64,000 nt of DNA from IMG/VR virus record IMGVR_UViG_3300024259_000011. One strand, written 5' to 3'. How positions within the stretch are numbered: the first letter of the stretch is position 1; every line of letters begins with the position of its first letter. The DNA comes from a virus. Lineage: Duplodnaviria > Caudoviricetes. Position numbers and translations under genes: made by a program. Below are positions 35,286-44,362 of the stretch, piece after piece. Below the pieces are notes generated by a model, which worked only from the letters and a program-made list of their open reading frames with translations, made no database searches and had not been told where the DNA came from.

Positions 35286-35560
35286 CCATCCATGAGCGAA
35301 GCAAGAACATAGTTCTCCAATATCAGAAGGTACTTCTGTTCATGGAAATCTAGACTCTTAACCATATGTCTTTCAACCGCAATCGTGTCACCTGTCCTGA
35401 GAGTTAGGCTGCAGTCTGCTGCCTGCGCCAACACACGATAATAATCGTACTCTTTCGCTGGCGCTTTGTAATCGTCAGGTAGCACAAATCGCTGCTCTTT
35501 TTCTGCTGTGGCGCCCAACTCTTCAATCTGAATGTATCGGTTCTTTGGGGTGAGTTTCAT
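35282..35560 (-). CDS. groES: GroES-like co-chaperonin
   Basis: MKLTPKNRYIQIE...FVLPD...V.A......GD.I...V...KYLLILENYVLA; GGAGG RBS before ATG 35560. Confidence 0.7.
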   Translation of the reverse strand: MKLTPKNRYIQIEELGATAEKEQRFVLPDDYKAPAKEYDYYRVLAQAADCSLTLRTGDTIAVERHMVKSLDFHEQKYLLILENYVLASLMDG

Positions 35561-35568
35561 GCTTCCTC

Positions 35569-37548
35569 CTAAATGGTGCATGTGTCGTTGGTACAGAATT
35601 TACTTCCTGCACCAGCAGTTTCGGTTTCGATACGCTTAAGCGGCGTAATCTTACTGTTCATTTTTTTATATTCACTCTCGGTGATTGCCTCGTAGGGAGC
35701 TTGCTTGTATCCAGTCTCCTTATAAGCGAGGAAAGACACAGCCTTTAATCTCGTCTCGTACATTTCAAGCGCGCTCTTTAAGCCATCGGCTTCGTGCGGC
35801 TGAAAGGTTACTGTTACGGAAACAGAGTTATCTGCCCAGAAGTGTTGATATTGTGCTGCAATCTCAAGCTGCTCCCACATCGATACGTCCTTCTTACTCT
35901 TTTCAAAGTATGGCTCTTGGACCGGAAACTCCACAACTGTAGTGTTCGGTGAGTAGGCGTCAGGCTCCATTTTGTAACCCGCCTTACTCAATGGCTCAAG
36001 CAGATCTGAAGTGTTAGAAAAACGAATCCTGCGAATGTAGTACTCTGACTCAGGGAAGTGAATCCCCGGGGTGCTGCCATTAAGAAGAGAAACCGTGCCG
36101 CTTGGCTTGATACTCGTCATGCGTACAGAGCGCGGAATACAAAGCCAGTTTGAATATTCTTCGTCCAAGTCCTGCACACGATCATAAGCCTTGTCGCACC
36201 ATTCATAAATCTCGCGGCGTCCATGCTTGGAGAACGCCTGTACCACACCAGACTGTGACAATCCAATCCGGCGGTTCTTAAGCATGATTGCATTTGTCTC
36301 TGGCCAATGTGTGTTGACCAGCGTGACGGTCTTACCGTAGAGGTATGCGATCTTTAATGTTTTTAGATAATCATCATAGTTTTCGTGCTTAGCTGGGTAT
36401 GTCTCAACCAAGCAGCAAAGCTCGGCGTCCTCAAGCTGTTGTTCTACGCAAGGGTTGAACCCCATAACATGACGATCATCATCACGCGGATCGTCCTTAA
36501 ACCTGCCGCGTGTACGTGCGTTGTTCAGCCAGATGTATCCCGGCTCTCCGTTCTTCTGGCTCTGTGCTGCATGCCAAGAATAGTCCATGCCAACTACAGC
36601 CTCAAAGGAGTTGTTAGAGCCCCAGCGATGAGAATAAAGCTTCTCCTGATCGTTCTTCATGGACAAGTATTCCTTATCATCGTGTGCTCCCAAAGCGAGC
36701 GCGGCAGATCGACGCACATTGCCAGCGACAACACACTTACCAATAAGATTCTCTGTGTCTACAATATCCACAGAAGATGCAGCTTCGCCAATGCGAGTAT
36801 CATACAACTCCTTAAGGTTATTATGTAGAAGCAGCAGGGGTTCATGCCCTGCGGAGGTTCCGCCGAAGCCTTTGATTTGGGCGCCCATGGGTCGGATGGC
36901 ACTATAATCAAATCGGGGCACATCGCTGCCGAAGTAGTAGCCATCAAGCAGCATGCGGACAGAGTGGACCCAACCTTCGCGGCTGTCATCGATAACATGA
37001 ACATCATCAACCCACTTTGGATCGCGGATCACTGCTGTGCCGGCGCCCTTCGTGTCGAAGCCGACGCCGATGCCCACCATCAGCGCATCCATAATCCAAG
37101 CAAAAAGATATCCGCCCTTGCTGCTCAAGTCCTTTGTAGAGCGGAAAGCGCAGTTGAACAAGCCGGCGCCGGTACGCTCTTGTACGAACTTGGTGCCCAT
37201 CATCCACAGACCGCGCCCGGGTGGCGACCATTTCAGAGTAAAGAGGCGATCATAGGCATCCTTTGCTGTACGCTGTGCCTTTGCGTCGTTCCACTCAAGC
37301 CCTAGTCGGGCAACGTGTTGCTTCTGAATGTCGAACATTCCTTCGATAACGCGGCGGCAGGTCTGATGCCACTCCTCTGTGCCTGCTGCTGCAGGGTCAT
37401 GCTCCTCTAGCCTTCGCGAGTACGTTCGCTTGAAGGTCACATATCCTAGTGGACCCCATGGTACCTGCCGATCACGATAGTTGTCAAGAAATGACTCTGA
37501 TAATCTAAATCGACGCACCGAAGGGTCGCGTTCCTGTTGTTCATACAT
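35569..37548 (-). CDS. nrdJ: Adenosylcobalamin-dependent ribonucleoside-triphosphate reductase (class II, monomeric type)
   Basis: SPPGRGLW, FNCAF, GNVRRSA, NPCVEQ.L...ELCCLVE, TSIKPSGTVS, C-terminal Cys pair. Confidence 0.95.
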   Translation of the reverse strand: MYEQQERDPSVRRFRLSESFLDNYRDRQVPWGPLGYVTFKRTYSRRLEEHDPAAAGTEEWHQTCRRVIEGMFDIQKQHVARLGLEWNDAKAQRTAKDAYDRLFTLKWSPPGRGLWMMGTKFVQERTGAGLFNCAFRSTKDLSSKGGYLFAWIMDALMVGIGVGFDTKGAGTAVIRDPKWVDDVHVIDDSREGWVHSVRMLLDGYYFGSDVPRFDYSAIRPMGAQIKGFGGTSAGHEPLLLLHNNLKELYDTRIGEAASSVDIVDTENLIGKCVVAGNVRRSAALALGAHDDKEYLSMKNDQEKLYSHRWGSNNSFEAVVGMDYSWHAAQSQKNGEPGYIWLNNARTRGRFKDDPRDDDRHVMGFNPCVEQQLEDAELCCLVETYPAKHENYDDYLKTLKIAYLYGKTVTLVNTHWPETNAIMLKNRRIGLSQSGVVQAFSKHGRREIYEWCDKAYDRVQDLDEEYSNWLCIPRSVRMTSIKPSGTVSLLNGSTPGIHFPESEYYIRRIRFSNTSDLLEPLSKAGYKMEPDAYSPNTTVVEFPVQEPYFEKSKKDVSMWEQLEIAAQYQHFWADNSVSVTVTFQPHEADGLKSALEMYETRLKAVSFLAYKETGYKQAPYEAITESEYKKMNSKITPLKRIETETAGAGSKFCTNDTCTI

Positions 37549-38944
37549 TGTTACTTTTACTCCTGTTTTTTTCTTTATAATTCTTGTATTTTTCTTTCAA
37601 GTTCTCTGCTTGTTTCTTAGCAGAGTTCTCTATAATTTCTCCCGGCGTTTCACCAGTTGGCTCTAGAACCTTAATCTTTACAGACCCCGGGTCCATAAAT
37701 ATTGGATAGACGAGTCCATCTGGTCCATTTCGATTTTTAGCGACGAAAATTCGCCCTGTGTTGTTGTTTTTGTCATCAACGGTTCGCGATACAGAGAAAA
37801 TAAAGTCTGCCACAAAGCACTTATTGAAAGCTTCGCTGATCGACTCCATTGTAATAACCTCTGCATTCAATCCCGACCTGTTTGTTTGAGATGCGGTCCA
37901 CACAGGACACTTGTTTTCTTGTGCGATTCCACGTAGCTCTTCATAGATAGATTCCAGTTCATTTCTTTTCTCTTTCTGATATGTAACTGGTCGCAAAAGA
38001 TCTCCGTAGTCAACTATAATAATATCCGGCTTGATGTCTCGCTTGCGCAGCTTCTCTAAGTGAGTTGATAGCGTGCGCGTGCTAGCAGATTTTGTCGGAT
38101 ACTCTTTAATAATTAGTCTGCCTTCGATCTCTTGGACCGCTTCATACACTAATTCTTTCAATTGAAACAAATCATTTAGCGGTATACCGGTTAGGCAAGA
38201 GTCGTAGCGGTTTCCAATAGAAGCTTCAGACAGCTCTAGGGTGTAGTGAACGACCGTTTTGCCATTTTTGATCGCTTGCGCTCCCAAGTGGGTGAGTACC
38301 ATTGATTTACCAGCGCCAGTCGGGGCAATAACAACCCCTAGTTCACCAGAGCCTAGACCACCCTTGCAAAGATCATCCATTTCGCTCCAACCCATCGAGA
38401 TCGCATTGCGAGTCTTAAGCTGGAAGCGGGCTTCAAAATCTTTTATGTAATCATGACCAAAGTTGTTGTCACTGCCCAGCTTGAGGGCAGTATTGATTAC
38501 TGAGCTAATCTCGTCGAATGAAGAACTCTGAAGCAACTTCACAGACTCCATCATTGCTTCTTTAAGCTTCTGCTTTCGGCAGAAGTCTAACGACACTTCT
38601 TTAATATATCCGCGACCCTCAACCTCAGAATTGCAAATACGAGCAAAGTAGGCGCGGACCTGCTGCTTGTCGGTTTCTGTCTCATTCTCCAGTTCAGAGC
38701 GCAAGACAGTCATCATGATCTTCTGCGTTGGGTGTACGTTGTACTTCTCGCGGTACCCAAATACCTGCTTGACGAAAGCGCGAAGGTATGATAGTTCTAA
38801 AAAGTTAATGTCCAGCACCTCAGCGATCTGATCCGCGAACGGACGATCCTCCAAGACAAGTTGACATAGCCCTTCTTGAAAACCTTTTCCGAATTTGCTG
38901 AAACTAGGCTGATCTGACATTTCTTTTCCCATGGTAGAGATCAT
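37541..38944 (-). CDS. dnaB: DnaB/gp41-like replicative helicase
   Basis: IAPTGAGKS, TLEL, IIVDYGDLL, ASQTNR, VAKNRNG. Confidence 0.9.
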   Translation of the reverse strand: MISTMGKEMSDQPSFSKFGKGFQEGLCQLVLEDRPFADQIAEVLDINFLELSYLRAFVKQVFGYREKYNVHPTQKIMMTVLRSELENETETDKQQVRAYFARICNSEVEGRGYIKEVSLDFCRKQKLKEAMMESVKLLQSSSFDEISSVINTALKLGSDNNFGHDYIKDFEARFQLKTRNAISMGWSEMDDLCKGGLGSGELGVVIAPTGAGKSMVLTHLGAQAIKNGKTVVHYTLELSEASIGNRYDSCLTGIPLNDLFQLKELVYEAVQEIEGRLIIKEYPTKSASTRTLSTHLEKLRKRDIKPDIIIVDYGDLLRPVTYQKEKRNELESIYEELRGIAQENKCPVWTASQTNRSGLNAEVITMESISEAFNKCFVADFIFSVSRTVDDKNNNTGRIFVAKNRNGPDGLVYPIFMDPGSVKIKVLEPTGETPGEIIENSAKKQAENLKEKYKNYKEKNRSKSNNV

Positions 38945-38954
38945 AACTCATTTG

Positions 38955-39920
38955 TCACTTATTGTCAACCACTATTCGTCTCATACACTGAAATAATGAC
39001 GACCAATCAAATGTGCCGAAACCATCTTCGATCATCATGCCTTGAACGCCAGTTTTATTAAAAAGTTGTTCTGCGTCTTCGATAGCAAACCGAACCTTGG
39101 ACTTGCCCTGCGGGGATAGCGATGGCGCATACAACTGCATAAGCTTATAGTTCTGCTCCACCACGGCGCGTCCCTCCAGTATTGAACTGAACGCCTTGAG
39201 GTTTGACTCAGCCTCATCGCAGAAATCCATCAGTCGATCAATCGTACAGAACTCCTCATCCGCAAAGAAAGGAAAACGCTTCTTGATTGTACCAAGACCA
39301 ACGCCATTAATGCCGGGGAGATTGTCTGACGTGTCGCCAGCAATAGCCCGGGCTAGCGCCATGTTGTTCGGGTGAATGCTGTACTCTTCGACCAACCGCT
39401 TCGTGTTCATGACCTGCTTCTGAATCGGACGAAGTACTACGGTATTGTCATCACATAGCTGAAAAAAGTCTTTGTCGCTAGAAACGATAACCTTCTGCCA
39501 GTCGGCGAAACTGGAAAGCCTAGAGACAAACGCAATAACATCGTCGGCTTCTACTGCCGGAAGCATGGTCTGTGAGATAGGCATTTCGTTCAGGTACTCG
39601 ATCAAGCGAGTCTGCTGCCATACCTTATTCTTCAACTCTTCATTCTCGGTGAGGGTCCGAATATCACGATTCAAGCGAATGGGCTTGCGACCCTCTTTGT
39701 AGCCTTTGTTGACCGCCTTACGCTTTTGAGAGCCGCCAGCGCCATCCCATGCGATCACGATATGATCTGGCTTGGTTTCACGCACCAGCTTCTGAAGGAT
39801 CTTAAGGAACCCTTTTACTCCACCGATGGGCTGACCGTTGGTGGAGAGGCTAGGGTCTACGATATATGCACGAAAATACATATTTAGTGCGTCAATGATT
39901 AATACTCTTGGCTGGCTCAT
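38955..39920 (-). CDS. Stand-alone 5'-3' exonuclease/flap endonuclease (Pol I N-terminal/RNase H-like)
   Basis: LIIDA.N..FR, AWDG, EADDVI, SSDKDF.Q, GDTSDNLPGI.GVG. Confidence 0.93.
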   Translation of the reverse strand: MSQPRVLIIDALNMYFRAYIVDPSLSTNGQPIGGVKGFLKILQKLVRETKPDHIVIAWDGAGGSQKRKAVNKGYKEGRKPIRLNRDIRTLTENEELKNKVWQQTRLIEYLNEMPISQTMLPAVEADDVIAFVSRLSSFADWQKVIVSSDKDFFQLCDDNTVVLRPIQKQVMNTKRLVEEYSIHPNNMALARAIAGDTSDNLPGINGVGLGTIKKRFPFFADEEFCTIDRLMDFCDEAESNLKAFSSILEGRAVVEQNYKLMQLYAPSLSPQGKSKVRFAIEDAEQLFNKTGVQGMMIEDGFGTFDWSSLFQCMRRIVVDNK

Positions 39921-40312
39921 GGCTTATAGACTCCCATCGTCTTGTTGTCAATACTGTAAAATACGCGCTTGACGCCTACATGTCTAAGGACTGCAGCACA
40001 CATGTCGCAAGGTTTGGAAAGCCTAAGCTCTCCACCCTTACCGATGCGGCAGACGTACATTGTAGCGCCCATTGTTTTCTTGCGGTCCAGACCCAAGACG
40101 CAACCTAGCTCTGCATGGTGCGTGGCATGACCGCAGTTTCGCTGGCGAAAGCGATTCCCGAAAGAAGCATGCCTGTTCTTATTCGTGGAAAGTCCAATAA
40201 TATTGGAGCCTCGCAACAAGAGCGCGCCATGGCGATAGTCTTCGTTACTGGAACTATTTGCCATGCGAGCAGCTAGCACCATATATCTCTTGTGTCGTCC
40301 GGACAGCTTCAT
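39917..40312 (-). CDS. Cytidine/dCMP deaminase-fold protein
   Basis: HAE and SKPC..C zinc motifs; start ATG 40312. Confidence 0.8.
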   Translation of the reverse strand: MKLSGRHKRYMVLAARMANSSSNEDYRHGALLLRGSNIIGLSTNKNRHASFGNRFRQRNCGHATHHAELGCVLGLDRKKTMGATMYVCRIGKGGELRLSKPCDMCAAVLRHVGVKRVFYSIDNKTMGVYKP

Positions 40313-40324
40313 AAAATAATAAAT

Positions 40325-40362
40325 AAGGGTGCCTTCGGAGAGAGAGTACCCTTCCCGAAGGC
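40325..40362 (-). other. Two mutually exclusive hairpins before the deaminase gene
   Basis: GCCTTCGG/CCGAAGGC stem; alternative AAGGGT/ACCCTT pairing. Confidence 0.4.
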
Positions 40363-40377
40363 GTATTATGTCGCTAA

Positions 40378-40713
40378 TCAGCGATGGCGGCGATGTGCCG
40401 GGGCGCGGCGGACCCAACGTCCGGACACCCAATGTCGGTTACGACCGTAACCTACCCAATGACCGGGCGCCCATCGCGCATTGTTATGCGTACGAGCAGC
40501 AGGTCGATTAGGTCCAAAGTCGCGACCGTGAACCGGATGCGACCAGTGAGCCCGAAACACACGGGTAGCAGGAACCCACGTCCATGCAACAGTCACAGTA
40601 GGATGACCTACTGCGGCAGTAGCACGGGCGTTTGGACAATGCTGGTTGTGTGCGTTGGCAGATTGCGGGACTGCTAATGCAGCCACCGCAGCGAGCGTGA
40701 TAAGGAATTTCAT
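40378..40713 (-). CDS. Secreted protein with WxxGxW repeats
   Basis: Signal peptide MKFLITLAAVAALAVPQSANA; WAPGHW, WVSGRW; AGGAG RBS. Confidence 0.75.
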   Translation of the reverse strand: MKFLITLAAVAALAVPQSANAHNQHCPNARATAAVGHPTVTVAWTWVPATRVFRAHWSHPVHGRDFGPNRPAARTHNNARWAPGHWVGYGRNRHWVSGRWVRRAPAHRRHR

Positions 40714-40740
40714 ATTATTTCTCCTTCCTTCTTTGTTGTT

Positions 40741-40777
40741 CACTATGTTAGACGTATGAGGGCTAAGTTTTATTCAC
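40741..40777 (-). promoter_or_regulatory. Repeated promoter cassette copy 6
   Basis: GTGAATAAAACTTAGCCCTCATACGTCTAACATAGTG; overlaps the recA stop. Confidence 0.65.
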
Positions 40778-41900
40778 TCTTTTCTTCATTTTCTTCATAA
40801 AAATCTGCAGCCTCTCCGATGCGCTTATCGAACTTCATGATGACTTCTTCATCCATGACCTCCATGACGTTCTTGCGGAACTCAGGCTCCTGTAGACGCT
40901 CGGTCCACTTGGAGGCTTGGAACTTGGGTCCAACAGCTTCGCCACTTGCATCAAGCAACGAGAACCATGCGCCGGCACGGGCTAGCCGTGGCGAGCCGTT
41001 GATTGCATCAAACCAACTTTCCTCGTCTTGGACACCAATAGCGTCACCCCATAAAATACGGAAGTTACACTGGCGACCCTGAGTACCGAAGCGAGACTTT
41101 TCAAGCTTCACCTTGACCTCGGAGCCAATGCGGAAGCCCTTATCGTCAGTGACGAAAGACGCTTTTGCCTTGCGACCGGTTAGCCAGATGCGTAGCGAGT
41201 ACGCATAGATCATAGCCTTGCCGCCGGGAGTCATGTACGGAGTTGTCATAGCCTCGGATGGCGAGCGAGTGATATTGGTCTTAAGCTGGTTAAGAACAAG
41301 AAACGTACTCTGCGAGTTGGCGATAGGGACAGTCAGCTTGGACATACCCTTAGCCAGAATGCGAGCCTTCACTGCCATAGATGACAGCGGATTGAAGTCT
41401 CCCTCAACATCTGATACAGACGGGGTGAGAGCCAGCGAGTCCCAGATGAATAGCATGCGGTTGTCGTTCGATCCCAATAACTCTTCAATAGTCTCCAGAA
41501 CAAACTCAACAGAGGTTGCCTGAACATACAAAAGGTTATTAAGATCGCAGCCGGCGCGCTCAAGGAATGTTGGGTCAATAGCAGACTCGCTATCAAAATA
41601 GATAACGTCAATACCCATGTCTTGAGCATTGGCTGCAACCTGTGCTGCCATGTAGCTCTTACCGGTCGATTCTAGTCCCGCAATCTCGGTGACCTTACCA
41701 ACCGGAATGCCAGCCAATCGCCCACGGCATGTAATGGAGTCAAGCCAGCGGGAGCCGGTGCGGATCCATTCCTTCACCTCCGTTGGATTATCTTCCTTAA
41801 GGTCGTGGGCTACGTTCTGACCAGCCTTCTTGTTGATTAGATCGCGCATGTCTTTAATGGAAAGCTTGCCAGCCCCATTGGATTTCTTACTTCGTGCCAT
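40770..41900 (-). CDS. recA: RecA/UvsX recombinase
   Basis: GKVTEIAGLESTGKS, FDSE, WDS, LNQL, TPGGKA, G..V.VK..KSR. Confidence 0.95.
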   Translation of the reverse strand: MARSKKSNGAGKLSIKDMRDLINKKAGQNVAHDLKEDNPTEVKEWIRTGSRWLDSITCRGRLAGIPVGKVTEIAGLESTGKSYMAAQVAANAQDMGIDVIYFDSESAIDPTFLERAGCDLNNLLYVQATSVEFVLETIEELLGSNDNRMLFIWDSLALTPSVSDVEGDFNPLSSMAVKARILAKGMSKLTVPIANSQSTFLVLNQLKTNITRSPSEAMTTPYMTPGGKAMIYAYSLRIWLTGRKAKASFVTDDKGFRIGSEVKVKLEKSRFGTQGRQCNFRILWGDAIGVQDEESWFDAINGSPRLARAGAWFSLLDASGEAVGPKFQASKWTERLQEPEFRKNVMEVMDEEVIMKFDKRIGEAADFYEENEEKSE

Positions 41901-41930
41901 TCTCAATTTATTCTCCTGAGTTGTGATACT

Positions 41931-41959
41931 ATAGTACCATAGATTGTTTGGTTTGTCGA
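41931..41959 (-). promoter_or_regulatory. sigma70-type promoter upstream of recA
   Basis: TCGACA-17 bp-TACTAT. Confidence 0.55.
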
Positions 41960-41968
41960 GAGGTTTTT

Positions 41969-43030
41969 TTATCTAACTGCAAAGACAGTCCAAGAAACTC
42001 CCAGACTTGGATCATCATACATTCTTTCGCCGACTTTATAATGGGTCCGATTTGAATTTGAATATGTCGTACGCACTTTAGTAATTGGGCGAAGGCGGAA
42101 CTTGATATTGACATTAGGATCAGTGATATAATATTCTACGACTTCATCAATCGACTGAGTTTTCGCTAGAATATTTTGAAGGTCTGCAGGGTCGGTGATG
42201 CCGGGAGGTACATCAGCTATCAACACGGCATCTGCTCTCGCTGGATTCGTTTCCGCGCCGGCACACACAAGCGTTAAAAAGCTGCGGTAAGACTCACCCA
42301 ACACATCAGACAAATGAAGGTAAATGTTTTTTATTTTAAAAGAATTTTTCAGTAGCCCGTTCTTCCCAAAGGCTTCTGACACCGCCAAAGCTTGATGTGC
42401 TGCTCCATCTTTAGCCAGTGGGGAGGGGAAAGAGTACGAAGGGTCTGCTGCAGTCACAATCGAAAGGAATTGGTCCTTCTCTTCTTGGATCACAGATGCT
42501 TGTTCCGCTGTGATCTTTGCCAACTGCTCCTTCATGTCGTTTACAAGAATGTTACGAGCATCTTCCTCCAAGCCGACCTCGACAAGTTTTGCACGAAATT
42601 TAGCTTCATCCATCCGATTTTCTAAAAATCCAAAGTTTTCTTTCTTCATGCTTAGACCGATAGCGCCGCCGTCAGCTAGCACAAGGTTAATGTCTGCCTT
42701 TGGCTCTGGCTTGCCGCCGCCCATTTGTTTAGCGCCCACAACCATTTGCTCGCCCAAACTGCCAATGGTCATCGGAACAGGTTGACCACCGTTCGCGTTC
42801 ACAACGCTATTAACAGCAGCAACTAAGTTTCTCTCGCTATCCTGCCCAGACATTTGCTCTTGAAGTGACTCGGCTTCTGGAGCCAGAGAGCCAAAATCAT
42901 CGCAACCAATGGCAGAATCACAGATAGCAACTTCATCGTCTGCACCTGTTCCCAAATCTAACATTTCACCAGCCTCTTGCTCTTCTGTTAAGAATCTGCG
43001 CCAGCCTTCCATAATAGGTTTCATTGTCAT
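41969..43030 (-). CDS. PD-(D/E)xK nuclease-like late protein
   Basis: GGKPEPKADI...IGLSMKK; start at ATG 43030 or 43024; ACTAATTA upstream. Confidence 0.6.
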   Translation of the reverse strand: MTMKPIMEGWRRFLTEEQEAGEMLDLGTGADDEVAICDSAIGCDDFGSLAPEAESLQEQMSGQDSERNLVAAVNSVVNANGGQPVPMTIGSLGEQMVVGAKQMGGGKPEPKADINLVLADGGAIGLSMKKENFGFLENRMDEAKFRAKLVEVGLEEDARNILVNDMKEQLAKITAEQASVIQEEKDQFLSIVTAADPSYSFPSPLAKDGAAHQALAVSEAFGKNGLLKNSFKIKNIYLHLSDVLGESYRSFLTLVCAGAETNPARADAVLIADVPPGITDPADLQNILAKTQSIDEVVEYYITDPNVNIKFRLRPITKVRTTYSNSNRTHYKVGERMYDDPSLGVSWTVFAVR

Positions 43031-43875
43031 TACCCTATAATTAGTAGTTCGGATGAGGAACCCATTGTTTTTTTGCCAACACATTTGCCATCGACCCACT
43101 CGACGTTCTTCATGCCGTATGCCCACTCAGCAGTGACAAACTTGCGGTTAGAGTATAGATCACGGACCTCTGGACAATCATTGTATGACATTACCCAATC
43201 GGATCGGTCGGAAAGCAAGTTATAAAGCGCCATATGGTCAAATCCCGCGTGAAGCCCCCCTGCTTGCCCGTAGAGCATCGCAGCGTCTTCTGGCAGCATG
43301 TAGGGTGGGTCAAGGTACAGGAAGGCTCTAGGATGCCATGGGAGGCTTGTTTGAAAGTCTGCGTAGTCTACCCTGAAGTTCTCGGCGTTAAACCTGCGTA
43401 ATCGGTCGATAGACGACTGAGTGAAGCGAGCGTATGATGCTCTCTTAGACCAGCCACCAGAAAAGGTAGCGCCTGAGAAGCTAGAGCGATTGATCGCGTA
43501 GAACTTTGCCGCCTTCTCGTATGAAAACTTGAATGATGGATCTCGCAGTTCTTCACGAAGTTTAATAAAATCGTCTTTGGAACATCCTTCTACAAGTTTA
43601 GTAATGTCCTTCTCTTCAATCTCGTACTCCGTGCGTAGGGCGGTGACCTCATCAGCCAGCCTTTCGTTATCCGCACACAGCGCTTGCCAAAACCAAACAA
43701 GAGGCACCAGCTTGTCATAGCCGATAACCTCTGTACCTCTCGACGCTACCGCCAACTCAACCGAACCGCCGCCAAAGAATGGCGAACACAGACGCGAAAC
43801 GTCTTCGGGAATGTACGGCAAGATGTGCTTCACTGCACGCGATTTGCCGCCGGGATAACGAAGAGGCGTTTTCAT
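43030..43875 (-). CDS. dam: DNA adenine methyltransferase, Dam/D12 class
   Basis: LRYPGGKS, SPFFGGGS, INRSSFSG, YLDPPY. Confidence 0.92.
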   Translation of the reverse strand: MKTPLRYPGGKSRAVKHILPYIPEDVSRLCSPFFGGGSVELAVASRGTEVIGYDKLVPLVWFWQALCADNERLADEVTALRTEYEIEEKDITKLVEGCSKDDFIKLREELRDPSFKFSYEKAAKFYAINRSSFSGATFSGGWSKRASYARFTQSSIDRLRRFNAENFRVDYADFQTSLPWHPRAFLYLDPPYMLPEDAAMLYGQAGGLHAGFDHMALYNLLSDRSDWVMSYNDCPEVRDLYSNRKFVTAEWAYGMKNVEWVDGKCVGKKTMGSSSELLIIG

Positions 43876-43898
43876 TTAAACTCTGGAAGAAGGATGGC

Positions 43899-43926
43899 GG
43901 CAGACTTTTAACCGGTCTGCCAGCGG
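43899..43926. repeat. 28-bp hairpin direct repeat, copy 1
   Basis: GGCAGACttttaaccgGTCTGCCAGCGG; one mismatch to 44363..44390. Confidence 0.85.
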
Positions 43927-43932
43927 CTTTGA

Positions 43933-44217
43933 CTACTCTGTGGTAGTCCCAGTGGTGGATGCGCCCGTAGCCGCACCGACCTCGCCATCTTCAGTCACCG
44001 TTGTCCCCTCAGTAGTCGTATTGGGGGTAACAGCCGTAGAAGGCGTGTTTGCTACATTGGTGGTTGTATCACCAGTGGTGATGGTCGCCGCCGTTGTTTC
44101 GGTAGTTACGATATCATCGCCGGTCACGGCTTGCCAGCCAATAACCACGGCACCAATAACGATAGCCACAATCACACCTTGAACTCTCCTATCGGAGAAA
44201 GAAAAAAGATTAGCCAT
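43933..44217 (-). CDS. Single-TM protein with Thr-rich tail (start ATG 44217)
   Basis: MANLFSF...VIVAIVIGAVVIGW, then a T/G/E low-complexity tail. Confidence 0.65.
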   Translation of the reverse strand: MANLFSFSDRRVQGVIVAIVIGAVVIGWQAVTGDDIVTTETTAATITTGDTTTNVANTPSTAVTPNTTTEGTTVTEDGEVGAATGASTTGTTTE

Positions 44218-44218
44218 A

Positions 44219-44338
44219 TTATTCTGCTGCCTCGCTGCCTGTATCTTCAACCGCTGTATCTTCAGCGGCTGTGTCTTCGTCCTTATCCCCACACGCGAAC
44301 ATTAGCGCGAGAGGGAGAACATAAATAAAGTTCTTCAT
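44219..44338 (-). CDS. 39-aa lipoprotein (not in ORF track)
   Basis: MKNFIYVLPLALMFA-CGDKDEDTAAEDTAVEDTGSEAAE*; lipobox LMFA/C; AGGAG RBS; 15-bp tandem repeats encode EDT repeats. Confidence 0.75.
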   Translation of the reverse strand: MKNFIYVLPLALMFACGDKDEDTAAEDTAVEDTGSEAAE

Positions 44339-44362
44339 TTTGTCTCCTGTATAATGAAAAAT

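Noticed and set aside
29826-41900. Inteins or introns in dnaE, nrdJ, helicase or recA
   Set aside because: Protein lengths are ordinary, conserved motifs are contiguous, and no splice-junction motifs were seen.
43933-44338. Host assignment to Myxococcota from the lipoprotein style and ECF-like promoters
   Set aside because: Suggestive only; nothing in the window (spacer match, integrase site, host gene phylogeny) can establish the host.
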